Shown here: positions 27,244-36,869 of the stretch, piece after piece
Layout of the letters: the number at the start of each line of letters is the position of its first letter
Position numbering within the stretch: the first letter of the stretch is position 1
Source of the DNA: a virus
Lineage: Duplodnaviria > Caudoviricetes
Strand: one strand, 5' to 3'
Virus record (IMG/VR): IMGVR_UViG_3300021364_000005
Length of the DNA stretch: 64,000 bases
The notes under the pieces: model-generated
Databases searched by the model: none
Told to the model about the DNA's origin: nothing
The model's input: the letters and a program-made list of their open reading frames with translations, nothing else
Made by a program: the position numbers and the translations under genes

Positions 27244-27989
27244 ACTGTTTCTCCATTCTTAAATTCTATTATATTGCCTAATTTGTTGTTTGTCAAGAGT
27301 TTTTCTACTGAGTATTTAGGTTTAAAGCCTAAACTTTTTATTTTATCCATATTGGCGCAAGTCCAACTCCGTTCATTCGGGGTATTTAGACGAATTGGCA
27401 AGTCAGGTGCAAAGTCACGGATTCTAAATGGATGGCCTGTGCCTATGTCTATTTCGCCTGTTAGTTTACTATTCATACAAAGTTCTATTGCATCACATAA
27501 ATCTTCTATATGTATAAAGTCTCTGTAATGATTAGTTACATAATCTAGTTCATTGTCTATAAGTTTTTGCAAAAACATACCTTTTCTAGGAGCATATGAG
27601 AAAACTGTATGAAATCTCATGCATAATGTATTAACATAACAAGCTGCTGCTTCTTCGACAATGTATTTGCTTGCAGCGTAAGGATTTAAATGTGGTTCGT
27701 AAATAGAACTAGAACTTGCAATTAACATACGTGTTTCTGGATAACGTTCTAATAGTCTTTTTGTGACCTCTACGTTATTACGCCAGTAGCCTGCAGGATC
27801 GTCCATACTTTCACGCACACCGCTTTTACCAGCAAGATGTATTATTAGGTCAAAGTTTTCACGTAAAGGAATATCTAATAGATCCTGACCGTCTATTAAG
27901 TCAAAGCCTACGACACTATGGTGTCGTGTGAGCCGTTTAAGCAAGTGACTTCCTATAAATCCTCTATGACCCGTTAGACATATATGCAT
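27240..27989 (-). CDS. NAD-dependent nucleotide-sugar epimerase/dehydratase (extended SDR)
   Basis: TGHRGFIGS, HLAG, SSSS, YAASK. Confidence 0.9.
   Translation of the reverse strand: MHICLTGHRGFIGSHLLKRLTRHHSVVGFDLIDGQDLLDIPLRENFDLIIHLAGKSGVRESMDDPAGYWRNNVEVTKRLLERYPETRMLIASSSSIYEPHLNPYAASKYIVEEAAACYVNTLCMRFHTVFSYAPRKGMFLQKLIDNELDYVTNHYRDFIHIEDLCDAIELCMNSKLTGEIDIGTGHPFRIRDFAPDLPIRLNTPNERSWTCANMDKIKSLGFKPKYSVEKLLTNNKLGNIIEFKNGETV
27268..27296 (-). promoter_or_regulatory. sigma70-type promoter for the clamp-dpdA unit
   Basis: TTGACA-17-TATAAT (perfect consensus), nested in the epimerase 3' end. Confidence 0.8.
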
Positions 27990-28671
27990 TTAATTTACTC
28001 CAAGTGTCTTGCCAACCATTGACACTATAATTCATACCATTTTTATTTGCTTGAGCTAATGGAAAATCATTACCATCTTCATCCATTCTATCACCAAAAA
28101 ACAAGATAGTATCGTTTTGGCTAAAATCTCGCATTATTTGGCTTTTATCTGCTCCTACAGGAAAAATATCTATTCCTGTTTCTCCGCCTACCACAGCTTC
28201 TATATCTGGAAACTTTTGTTTAAACATTTTTGCTATAGTAACTCGTTCTTCTGTTCTTTCGTCATGCTGAACATACAATTTGCGCTCACCAAGAGTTGCG
28301 TTTCTTCCTACAACACTAAAATTACACATACCAGGCCTGTCTTCTATGTGTAATCCTGTACGTAGAGGAAACTTACTTAGTGCTAATTCTTCACGCAGCC
28401 ACGCTTCTGCCTCTTCTGGTATACTCCATGTATTTGTAAAAACATTATTATTTTGCTCCCATACATCATTACCGGAACAGTTGTAAACCTTAACTGCTAA
28501 GTTGTATATTGTTGCGCCTACCTGTTCTATAGTTTTGTCTCTATCTGATCCAGTCACAAGGTACACAGCATTATGGGTTGCAAATTGTTCAAACCAAGCT
28601 GCAAATTCTTTATCCATTTTTCCACGGCTTGGGGTAAGTGTGCCGTCTACATCAAATATAAATTTAGACAT
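27964..28671 (-). CDS. Phosphomannomutase, HAD-IIB (eukaryote-type PMM-like)
   Basis: FDVDGTLTP-R; R-GM-NFS-VGR; GGETGIDIFP-G-DK; FFGDR---GND. Confidence 0.85.
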   Translation of the reverse strand: MSKFIFDVDGTLTPSRGKMDKEFAAWFEQFATHNAVYLVTGSDRDKTIEQVGATIYNLAVKVYNCSGNDVWEQNNNVFTNTWSIPEEAEAWLREELALSKFPLRTGLHIEDRPGMCNFSVVGRNATLGERKLYVQHDERTEERVTIAKMFKQKFPDIEAVVGGETGIDIFPVGADKSQIMRDFSQNDTILFFGDRMDEDGNDFPLAQANKNGMNYSVNGWQDTWSKLNAYMSNGS

Positions 28672-29083
28672 TGTTTTGCCTTTCTGCTACCCGCTTTCGC
28701 AAATCACTGGACGAGAAGCGGTGATCTCTTTTGTTAAAGTATAGCTGGATACCCCGCTTCTTGCAAATATCCTTGCCCGTAAAATCCTTTTCACGATACT
28801 CTTCTCCTAATATTCTAACATCAATTTGGTACATTGTCAAGATATCATTTAGGTCTTCTTCAGTGCCGTAAGGAATAATTTCATCTACGTACCCTACTGC
28901 TTTAAGTTGTGTATACCTTTCTACAATAGTTTGTATAGGAGAATTTTTTTCTGATCTATCTATGCTTGGATCAACCTGCAATCCACATATTAGATAGTCG
29001 CATTGTTCTTTTGCTTCACGTAACATTTGTACGTGACCTGCGTGTAATAAATCAAATGTTGAACAAGTAAATCCTACTTTCAT
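28664..29083 (-). CDS. TagD-like cytidylyltransferase
   Basis: STFDLLHAGH (HIGH), VDE-IPY, R-H-FSSS-LR. Confidence 0.9.
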   Translation of the reverse strand: MKVGFTCSTFDLLHAGHVQMLREAKEQCDYLICGLQVDPSIDRSEKNSPIQTIVERYTQLKAVGYVDEIIPYGTEEDLNDILTMYQIDVRILGEEYREKDFTGKDICKKRGIQLYFNKRDHRFSSSDLRKRVAERQNNV

Positions 29084-29796
29084 GATACAAATGCCTTTTC
29101 TTGTACAAAAGTTCCTGCTTGCTTTTTGTTACCTTCATTCCAGCCCCAGTCATTCAACATATCTTTAACATCATTATTAAAAGGCATACTACCACATATC
29201 ATAACTTTATCCTTTTCAGGTGTAGCACCAGTTAGTATTACGCCGGCACTCATTGCTGTTGTTATACGTTTATTTAGGCCCTGCCATTCTCTGTCTTGTG
29301 TAACAATGGGTGTGTAATCGATAGGAAGTTCTTGTAAGAAATCATTATATGCAAGCAATTCCGGCATACTTCGCACACTCCAAACAACATGAATATTATC
29401 AAAACTATCAAAAGTTTCCGGATCTCTTAGTAAACTGATAAATGGAGCGATTCCAGTACCAGTTGCTAACATCCATAAGTCTCCTTTTAATTCTAAATTT
29501 GCTAAAATTAAAGTACCTGTTGCTTTAGAACCTACCTCTAATTGGTCTCCAACTTTTATGTGTTGTAACTTACTTGTTAATGGGCCGTCTTGCACCTTAA
29601 TGCTATAAAACTCTAAGTAGTCATCGTATGGTCCGCTTGTAATGCTGTATGCTCTGCGTATGTCATCATCAGGAAATCCTATCATTACAAATTCTCCTGC
29701 TGTAAATCTATATGATTTAGGACGATTACATTGTATTTTAAATAACCTATCAGTGTAGTGTTCAACACTTGTCACTGTAAGAGTTTCATAGCTCAT
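29080..29796 (-). CDS. fpr: Ferredoxin(flavodoxin)-NADP+ reductase, bacterial subclass I
   Basis: RAYSI, FYSIKV-DGPLTS-LQ, ATGTGIAPF, MICGS, EKAFV C-terminus. Confidence 0.92.
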   Translation of the reverse strand: MSYETLTVTSVEHYTDRLFKIQCNRPKSYRFTAGEFVMIGFPDDDIRRAYSITSGPYDDYLEFYSIKVQDGPLTSKLQHIKVGDQLEVGSKATGTLILANLELKGDLWMLATGTGIAPFISLLRDPETFDSFDNIHVVWSVRSMPELLAYNDFLQELPIDYTPIVTQDREWQGLNKRITTAMSAGVILTGATPEKDKVMICGSMPFNNDVKDMLNDWGWNEGNKKQAGTFVQEKAFVS

Positions 29797-30041
29797 TTAT
29801 CTTCCTCTGGTAGTTTTATTACATTATTTTCATTAGCAAGCATATTTTCCTTAATGTCATATACTTGCTCGCTTTTAATCATATTAATAATTGTATTTGT
29901 CAAACTTACTTCTTGGCGTAAGTATCCAATCTTACGTTGCAATTCTTCTAGCTCTTTTAGATAAAATTCTAATTCTTGTTCCTTACGTAACTTCTGTTCA
30001 ATAAAGTCAGTAATTAGAATTAGTTTTTGTTCTTCGCTCAT
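29793..30041 (-). CDS. Coiled-coil hypothetical protein
   Basis: ATGA coupling at 30041. Confidence 0.6.
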   Translation of the reverse strand: MSEEQKLILITDFIEQKLRKEQELEFYLKELEELQRKIGYLRQEVSLTNTIINMIKSEQVYDIKENMLANENNVIKLPEEDK

Positions 30042-30316
30042 TGCACTAGCGTACTCCATTTACGAAGTTTTTCACGTTTGACGTTAGCTCTATCTTCCAA
30101 GTCAATCCATTTGCAAACATTATGTTGCACCATAAGTTCTAGCATACAATAAACGTCACCAAGTTCTTCGATTAGCTTTTGCTCTTGATCGTATTCAATT
30201 TCGTTTACAGTGTTGTATTTCCGCATAATTTTACTACAACGTTGTGTTAGTTCACCACATTCTTCCATAGTAATACACATAAGTTGTTGTAAATCATTGA
30301 TAGGGCTGTCTTCCAT
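30038..30316 (-). CDS. MazG-like NTP pyrophosphohydrolase
   Basis: EECGEL...EELGDV; start moved to the ATG at 30316 after GGAGA. Confidence 0.75.
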   Translation of the reverse strand: MEDSPINDLQQLMCITMEECGELTQRCSKIMRKYNTVNEIEYDQEQKLIEELGDVYCMLELMVQHNVCKWIDLEDRANVKREKLRKWSTLVQ

Positions 30317-30317
30317 T

Positions 30318-33011
30318 TTAATCTCCAAAGTCAAATAAACTTGTAAATGTGTTAGATTGTTTTGTGCTATCGATATCATAGTTTAGCACACCAATTAAGT
30401 TATCAATTTTATTATCAATAATAGTTGCTTCCATAGCATCGCCATCAAATGGCAATTCTTTGAACCAATCTGGCAAACGCAATTCATCTGTTGGATATGC
30501 AACACTTGTATACCCTAATGGATTCTGCTTGAGTTTGCACACAATAACTTTCATACCATCTACAATCTCTTGCGAATACTTGTCACCATTCATACGCTTC
30601 AGTGTGTTCCAGTTAATGCTTGCTCTAACGTGCCCTGGCATATTTGCCTTGCCTTGCTTTTCTTCAAGACGCTGATAGTGCCCAATTTTGTTAGCACGTT
30701 TAGGAGCACCTTTTTCCCAACCCGGTCTATTTTTAAAATCACGCCTAAAGTCAGTAATACGTTCTAGTATTTCTTTTTCGCCTTTTTCTTGTAGTACCAT
30801 CATCAGCACTTCGCTTAGAAACTCTTGCATATACACAGGTGTGTCTGATCTACGCAAGTCTAAGCCCATTGCTTTTACTTTGCCTGGCTTGCCATCTGTG
30901 TCTGAACGGAAGCCTTCAACATCATATACCAATGCTGCATAACGTTTCTTTGTAATGTACAAGCCGCTTTCAGCAACAATCTCTCTACCTGCTGCAATAA
31001 CGTCTGATCGGCTCTTTGGACAGTGAAATGCTTTTTGCATAAAGTCTTGGAATGTGCTATTTGCCTCTTCTGCGACTTGATCATATAGAGTAATTACATT
31101 GTCTTTACTCCATGGAATAGATCCGTTGTCAATTTGTTGTTTTAATACAGGATATGCACTAAAATACACAGAGTCTGTATCACCATATATTACGCTTTCA
31201 CCTACATGATCATAGGATCCTGTAATAACTTTGTTAACTTCTGCTGACATATGCTTTACAATAGTACGGCCTGATAATGTAGTACTTTGTCCAATACGTT
31301 TATCAAAAAAGCGACAGCCAGGGTTAAGAATGGCACCATAAAGACTGTTAAGGTTAATTTTCTTAACCAACTGACGTTTGTCCCAAAAAGCGATTTCTGC
31401 TTCATTTCCTGCATCCTTTGCTTTCTTAAGCATTTTCTGTAGATCTTTTCTTTCCGCATACCACCTCTTTAGAATTCCAGGAATAACACCTTCAAATTCT
31501 GTTGTAAAAATTGTGCCATTTGAACTTAGCATCCAAGGCATATTACTGTCAAATATTAGTTTGTAAATTTCTGCTCCACTTAGTACGTCTGAACGACCGT
31601 CTTCCCAGTCAATAGTTAGAGCAATGTCTTTGCGTTGGTCCATAACTGCTTCATATTCTTCTGTACTGAAGCGTCCTTCCCATGAACCTGCAAATGACTT
31701 TTTCTTAAGCGTCATATCTTCATGAACACGAGCTTCTGACATCTCAGGACGTATTTGTCCTACAATAGTTTCTGGAGCCATATTCAATGCACGAATCACA
31801 CTTGGATACAGACTGTTCAAGTCCATTGAACCAATCCATTTGTGAACACCTTTTTTAGGAAATGCAACATAAGCACCAGCGGCTGCTGTATTCTCATCAT
31901 CACGCTTTGGACGATTAGGAACTTGTAATCCTCTATCATGTGCTTCATTAATAATTGCTTGTTCTGTAACAGCAACAGCACCCATAGTTGTTTGTAGCAA
32001 AACAGTATTTGCGTGTGCCAGCTCGTTTGAAAGATCAATAAATCTTAGTTTTTTGTCCAGCTTGTCTAGTAGTGCAACGTCTTGTCTATTATATTCGATA
32101 AATGTTTCAAAGTCGTTGTTGTATAACTGATCAAGTGTTCCTTCATATACTGTTTTACGTTCACCAACTTCAAGTTCGCCAATAGCATCAAGACGATATG
32201 TGTGTCTTTCTTCATATGTGTATTTGCGATATAATTCTAAACTGTCTAAATGCACTCTGCCCACAAAGTCATAAGTTTCACTTGTTTTTCCAAACTTTTC
32301 GTATTCACGTTTTTTAGGCAGTTGTCCCCATAAGCAAAAACGTCTTGTGTCATCTGTACTTAAAACACGTTTAATTCTGTTAACAGTATACGGAACATCA
32401 TAACCTTCACTATTCCAGCCACTAAAGATATCTGCATCCTCTAGCAAATCAAGGAATGTAAGAAGCATTTGTCTCTCACCATTTCCTTCTTTGTCGTTTG
32501 GATATAAAATAACATCATCGCCCCAGCGATCTTTACACATTTTTTGTGCTTCTTCAAAAGGTAATCCCTTTGGCGGAACTGCAAGTGTAATAAGTGCATC
32601 GAGCCATTGTAAATGTACAGTGATAGCTGTAATTGGCATAAACGGATCTTCAACTGGAGCAAATCCTCGCTCTGGATCAAAGTCGGTCTCGATATCCCAA
32701 AACGCAACATTTAATTTAGGTGCGTCTTGATTAAGATAATTTTCACTTAAACATTGAAATATTGGATTAATATCGCTTTCGAATAAGTCTTTGCCTTTGT
32801 TTATTGCAATTTCTTTACGAAAGTCTTTTGTATTTTTGCAAACAATACGTGTTAGATTGTCGCCATATACACTTTTGTATTTGCCACGTTCGTCTTTATA
32901 ATAAAACGTGTATTTTGCTTGGTATTCTCTAAAATCTCTTTTACCATCTTTGCGTTCAACACATCTAATAATGTCTTGGTCGCGATCAAAGAAAGCATCT
33001 ACGTAACTCAT
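30318..33011 (-). CDS. polB: Family B DNA polymerase (gp43-like)
   Basis: ExoI WDIETD, DLNSLYPS, K-NLNSLYG, YGDTDS, KKRY; no intein visible. Confidence 0.97.
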   Translation of the reverse strand: MSYVDAFFDRDQDIIRCVERKDGKRDFREYQAKYTFYYKDERGKYKSVYGDNLTRIVCKNTKDFRKEIAINKGKDLFESDINPIFQCLSENYLNQDAPKLNVAFWDIETDFDPERGFAPVEDPFMPITAITVHLQWLDALITLAVPPKGLPFEEAQKMCKDRWGDDVILYPNDKEGNGERQMLLTFLDLLEDADIFSGWNSEGYDVPYTVNRIKRVLSTDDTRRFCLWGQLPKKREYEKFGKTSETYDFVGRVHLDSLELYRKYTYEERHTYRLDAIGELEVGERKTVYEGTLDQLYNNDFETFIEYNRQDVALLDKLDKKLRFIDLSNELAHANTVLLQTTMGAVAVTEQAIINEAHDRGLQVPNRPKRDDENTAAAGAYVAFPKKGVHKWIGSMDLNSLYPSVIRALNMAPETIVGQIRPEMSEARVHEDMTLKKKSFAGSWEGRFSTEEYEAVMDQRKDIALTIDWEDGRSDVLSGAEIYKLIFDSNMPWMLSSNGTIFTTEFEGVIPGILKRWYAERKDLQKMLKKAKDAGNEAEIAFWDKRQLVKKINLNSLYGAILNPGCRFFDKRIGQSTTLSGRTIVKHMSAEVNKVITGSYDHVGESVIYGDTDSVYFSAYPVLKQQIDNGSIPWSKDNVITLYDQVAEEANSTFQDFMQKAFHCPKSRSDVIAAGREIVAESGLYITKKRYAALVYDVEGFRSDTDGKPGKVKAMGLDLRRSDTPVYMQEFLSEVLMMVLQEKGEKEILERITDFRRDFKNRPGWEKGAPKRANKIGHYQRLEEKQGKANMPGHVRASINWNTLKRMNGDKYSQEIVDGMKVIVCKLKQNPLGYTSVAYPTDELRLPDWFKELPFDGDAMEATIIDNKIDNLIGVLNYDIDSTKQSNTFTSLFDFGD

Positions 33012-33086
33012 GTTGTCTCCTGTTGTTTTTGGCCAACTATACCTTCAACCTGTTCGTAAGTGAACGACTCTATAATGTATATATTA

Positions 33087-33431
33087 CTATATATTGATGA
33101 CGCTGTCAATCTCGGCTTGGTCTTTTTGATACTGATCTTCAAAATATTTTTCCACATTTTGTGCTTTATCATCGATCCATATATCGTAATGGGGTTTTCC
33201 AACATTTGCTGATGTGTATTTTACACCCCATTTGTGTAATTGCTCTAGTGTAAGTTCTTTATAATCTATACCAGACTCAGAACCACGAGCTGTGTAATAA
33301 TGTACTTCGTGGCCTTTTTCGTATAGATCATTAAAATGAGCAATTCTTTCTGTATATGGCTTACTCAAATTGTATGGACGTCCTACTTCTTGGTCACAAA
33401 TTGTACCATCTATATCTACATAGTAGATCAA
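33087..33431 (-). CDS. Small HAD-family phosphatase
   Basis: YVDIDGTIC, YTARG, GKP-YD-WIDDK. Confidence 0.8.
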   Translation of the reverse strand: MIYYVDIDGTICDQEVGRPYNLSKPYTERIAHFNDLYEKGHEVHYYTARGSESGIDYKELTLEQLHKWGVKYTSANVGKPHYDIWIDDKAQNVEKYFEDQYQKDQAEIDSVINI

Positions 33432-34162
33432 AGTTCGTTCTCCTTTATGTACTTGATCATTTTTTGTTTGAATCTTGCATTTAAAAATGCGTCATAGCAT
33501 TGCTTTAACGGTGTGGGCAATAGTTTATTCTGTTTTAACTCTTTAAATGTTGTGCATTGTAAAACTATATGTTTAGGATCACTCATTAAGCTATTCGCAT
33601 CAAATTTTACCATACGTATTTTTTCGTTAGTATTGAATTTAAAATAACTAATATGATCACCTTCTTTCAAGTTTAGGCTATTCATACCTTTTTTAAATTT
33701 AAATGCAGGACGAACAGGTCTAATCCATTTTGATATATTATATGTACCGCTTATCCCCATACAATTTTCAGTAAAATTATTTTCTGCATAATATGGATGA
33801 AGCTGTGTCATAGTAATATCAGCTTCTGTGAAAAATATGTATGCTGGGTCTGCCATCTGATGAACTCTCTCCGCATTAGGAGGAGTTAGAAATCTGATAA
33901 AATATTCTTGATCAAGATTTGATAATGTCTTTGCTGAATTGTTTTCGTAATCTATTTCTATGTCTATATCCAGAGGAGATTTAATTACAAATGTATTTTT
34001 TAACTCATCAGAAATAGCTGGACATCTAGATGTAAATTCACCAAAAAATTCTTGGTGGTTAATTTCTTTAATTAACGGAGTCGGAACACTATACCTTAAT
34101 TCACTTAGACTATCAAAGTCATCGAAATAACTAATTATTGGACTCCAATATACTGTAATCAT
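33428..34162 (-). CDS. Hypothetical protein
   Basis: 244-aa ORF, coupled. Confidence 0.65.
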   Translation of the reverse strand: MITVYWSPIISYFDDFDSLSELRYSVPTPLIKEINHQEFFGEFTSRCPAISDELKNTFVIKSPLDIDIEIDYENNSAKTLSNLDQEYFIRFLTPPNAERVHQMADPAYIFFTEADITMTQLHPYYAENNFTENCMGISGTYNISKWIRPVRPAFKFKKGMNSLNLKEGDHISYFKFNTNEKIRMVKFDANSLMSDPKHIVLQCTTFKELKQNKLLPTPLKQCYDAFLNARFKQKMIKYIKENEL

Positions 34163-34163
34163 T

Positions 34164-34445
34164 TTACCACCAATTCATTGCTACACCAAAGCCGAACACG
34201 TTTACAATTACAAACCATCCTGTAAGCATCATAGGCCAAGCAAGTTTTCTCCTGATATATCCCATTAATCCTGTTACACTTCCTATAAAAAAGAAAGGAT
34301 AAACAATACGCATATCAGGTTGATCTGCTGTAAATGCTAGTGTAGCACTTGCGCCTACAGTAAAAATGAAACTTAACACTTCATATGTAAATGCAATCTT
34401 ATCTGTTTGGTAACTGTGTAACCAAAACTCTTTTATTTTATTCAT
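34164..34445 (-). CDS. Small 3-TM membrane protein
   Basis: Three hydrophobic segments. Confidence 0.65.
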   Translation of the reverse strand: MNKIKEFWLHSYQTDKIAFTYEVLSFIFTVGASATLAFTADQPDMRIVYPFFFIGSVTGLMGYIRRKLAWPMMLTGWFVIVNVFGFGVAMNWW

Positions 34446-34702
34446 TTATCATAGCCTAGTGTTGCGACAAGGGTTTCTAGATCTTCGTGTGCATCAGCGT
34501 GTGCGTCCCAGTCACGATTCTTTGCTATTTTAATTGCTTTGGTAATAAGGCTTGGTTTAATATCTAGCTCTTCTGCAACAGCTTTTACAGTTTCTTTTAA
34601 ACCTGCATTAAGATCTTCTACTTCCTGCAATACTGTAACACCTTCACGTACTAGACGTTCAAGTTTTGCTTTTTCTTCAGCACCATAGGTACGGTCACTC
34701 AT
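34442..34702 (-). CDS. DsbA/GapR-like dsDNA-binding protein
   Basis: EVEDL---LKE-VK-VAEELDIKP-LI-KAIK pattern of T4 DsbA; ATG at 34702 after GGAGA. Confidence 0.7.
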   Translation of the reverse strand: MSDRTYGAEEKAKLERLVREGVTVLQEVEDLNAGLKETVKAVAEELDIKPSLITKAIKIAKNRDWDAHADAHEDLETLVATLGYDK

Positions 34703-34730
34703 TAGATTCTCCAATTAGTTAATATATTTT

Positions 34731-34759
34731 ATTATACAACAAAGTTATGTATATGTCAA
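34731..34759 (-). promoter_or_regulatory. sigma70-type promoter for the DsbA-polB operon
   Basis: TTGACA-17-TATAAT (perfect consensus). Confidence 0.8.
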
Positions 34760-35530
34760 TCTATTTTGAATAAGATTGTATGTTTTTTCTGCAAATGCTT
34801 TTTGAGACAAAGGACCAAAATGTTCGTTATCAGTTGCTCTATCTATGTCGGGAATATATCTATCGTTTTTATCGTCATGATATAAAGTATCATATTCGTC
34901 ACATAAAGATACTAAATCAGATTCTTTTTCGTGCCAACCCCAGTAATTAAAAATATTAGGAATATTCTTTGATTTTATTAGACTAAAAACGCTTCTTAAA
35001 TTTTGTAGTGCTGTAATATACTGAGTGTCATTCATACCTGCAAAATATAATTTTCGCCATTTTGTAAGCACAGAAGGATCTGTATCTCTGTCAAAATCTC
35101 CAGTTGGATATATTATTCCTATACTGTCATCATTTCTAAAATATTCCACTCTATCGGGAGTTGAACAATACCACACCACCATATCTACTTTATATAAGTC
35201 TAAAGCCCATACTGCATTTGTACAACAAACACCTACTGAGGCGCCTGGTGTACCTACATTTATTAGTTTGTAACCTAATTTGTTAGCAAGTTGTTCTGCC
35301 CACGTTTCTTTTGTTTGTAATCCTGTTCCAAAAGTATGGCTGCATCCTACTGTAAGCAAGGTTTTATTACCTGAAGTATCATGCTTACGTAAGCCAAACT
35401 CATTTGTTTGATAAATTCCAGATTTATAGTTTGGTGTTAGATGACTTCTTGGAAATTGTCTAATACTATCTTTAGTTTGCCAAATATGTGGAGTCTCAAG
35501 ACCACGAGTATCGTTTGCTCTTTTGTTCAT
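34745..35530 (-). CDS. SGNH/GDSL-like hydrolase or acyltransferase
   Basis: VGCSHTFG block I, N-G-PG-S block II, D--HFG block V. Confidence 0.7.
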   Translation of the reverse strand: MNKRANDTRGLETPHIWQTKDSIRQFPRSHLTPNYKSGIYQTNEFGLRKHDTSGNKTLLTVGCSHTFGTGLQTKETWAEQLANKLGYKLINVGTPGASVGVCCTNAVWALDLYKVDMVVWYCSTPDRVEYFRNDDSIGIIYPTGDFDRDTDPSVLTKWRKLYFAGMNDTQYITALQNLRSVFSLIKSKNIPNIFNYWGWHEKESDLVSLCDEYDTLYHDDKNDRYIPDIDRATDNEHFGPLSQKAFAEKTYNLIQNRLTYT

Positions 35531-35535
35531 AAAGA

Positions 35536-35541
35536 TATTTA
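35536..35541 (-). promoter_or_regulatory. T4-late-like TAAATA box
   Basis: ATAAATA-tcttt-ATG(35530). Confidence 0.6.
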
Positions 35542-35554
35542 TTAGTAATATTTT

Positions 35555-35755
35555 TTAATCTATTTTATTTTGGCGTTCCCAGGCCTCTTCAAACTGTTCT
35601 GCATAGTCATATAAAGGAGCACCATTGGCACCGTCATACCAAAGGCGTTTGAAATATCCTTCTGCACTTGCTATTACTGTTTCAGGGGATGCATTGAGAT
35701 GACCTTTAACCATATAGAATAATCTGTATTCTTCTTTAAGGTCGTTCCTTAACAT
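35555..35755 (-). CDS. Small hypothetical protein
   Basis: 66 aa; TAAATA (35760-35765) 4 nt before the ATG. Confidence 0.6.
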   Translation of the reverse strand: MLRNDLKEEYRLFYMVKGHLNASPETVIASAEGYFKRLWYDGANGAPLYDYAEQFEEAWERQNKID

Positions 35756-35792
35756 ACTGTATTTACATTGTTACAGTATTATAACGCTAACA

Positions 35793-35945
35793 TTAGGCTT
35801 TTTTAGCCATATTTGTAGCAGTGCCGTATTTTACAGCTTCCCAGTCTTTACCATAACGTTTTTTGAATTCTTTGTCAGGGAGATCGTCTGCGTAATCGTC
35901 ACGCTTCTTAATTTCTTTTTTTGTAAGTTTACGTTCGCTTGTTAC
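35793..35945 (-). other. Unannotated 50-codon coding segment in the -1 frame of 35942..36862
   Basis: VTSERKLTKKEIKKRDDYADDLPDKEFKKRYGKDWEAVKYGTATNMAKKA-stop. It has no start or SD of its own and is reached via A-AAA-AAG at the upstream stop. Confidence 0.7.
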
Positions 35946-36862
35946 TTTTTTTTTGATTCTGCGAGTTTTGCATGAAGTGCCTTTTTATATGGATCGTTTG
36001 TTTCTTTTGTAACGATCTTAGGCTTTGCATTTGTTTCAGGCATAGCTGCTTCAGAAGCTTCTTCATAATCCATATGATGATATACGCTTCCTATATCATT
36101 AGCTGCTTTTGTAATTTTACTTTGAACCCATCCGTCGAGTCCTTCTGCTTCTGAAACACCTTTAAGCAAGTCGTGTAGCTTTATTGCGTATTTTGCAATT
36201 TTATATAGTTCTGCACGAGCCATTTGAACTTCATGATCTTGTTCAGCACGATGAGCGAGATCGCCTAAACCTTCATTAGTTTTTTTCTTACCTAAAATTT
36301 GGTCTTTAATTTTACCCTTTTCTTCTTCGCTTGCACCATCACGTCCTGCTTTTTGTAATTTTTCAAAGCCTTTTTTACCGTATTTTTTTATTCCGGTATA
36401 ACGCTGTAAACCGCTTTCTGTAGTATCTGTATCGCTCATATCACTTTCTCGCTTTATTGGTTTGTATGCTCTGCCATCTTTAAGGGCATCAATGTACATT
36501 TTAAATGCACTATTATTATTTATCTGTCCACCTTGCCAACCGCCTGGCATTTTCTTAACCCAACTTTGTCCTGCCCATTGCCACATAATACCTTTAGGAT
36601 CTTTAAACCCTGTGCCTGGAGGAATTTCTTTGACACTTTTTGGAATAGGTATATTAGGATCAACTTTTACAGGAGTTACAGGAATAGGTTTCCATTCTGC
36701 CTTTTTTGGTTGCGGTTTGTCGTCACCATATGTGTCAGGATCTAAAGCCTTATCAACAGCTCTGTTTAAAGCATCAGGGCTTTTTTTACCTGCTTGAAAT
36801 CCTTTAGCGAAACCTTTGGCTACACTTTTGAAAGGATTTTCATTTAGTTCTGACTTTCTCAT
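35942..36862 (-). CDS. Probable internal head protein (modular, Lys-rich)
   Basis: MRKSELNE N-terminus; TAAATA (36867-36872) 4 nt before the ATG. Confidence 0.65.
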   Translation of the reverse strand: MRKSELNENPFKSVAKGFAKGFQAGKKSPDALNRAVDKALDPDTYGDDKPQPKKAEWKPIPVTPVKVDPNIPIPKSVKEIPPGTGFKDPKGIMWQWAGQSWVKKMPGGWQGGQINNNSAFKMYIDALKDGRAYKPIKRESDMSDTDTTESGLQRYTGIKKYGKKGFEKLQKAGRDGASEEEKGKIKDQILGKKKTNEGLGDLAHRAEQDHEVQMARAELYKIAKYAIKLHDLLKGVSEAEGLDGWVQSKITKAANDIGSVYHHMDYEEASEAAMPETNAKPKIVTKETNDPYKKALHAKLAESKKK

Positions 36863-36869
36863 ACAGTAT

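Noticed and set aside
30318-30379. N-terminal extensions given by the ORF track (also 16698-16767, 22398-22428, 38589-38646, 43234-43264, 48638-48656, 51216-51297)
   Set aside because: Downstream ATGs have SD sequences, late boxes or ATGA/TAATG coupling, while the extensions overlap upstream genes or promoters.
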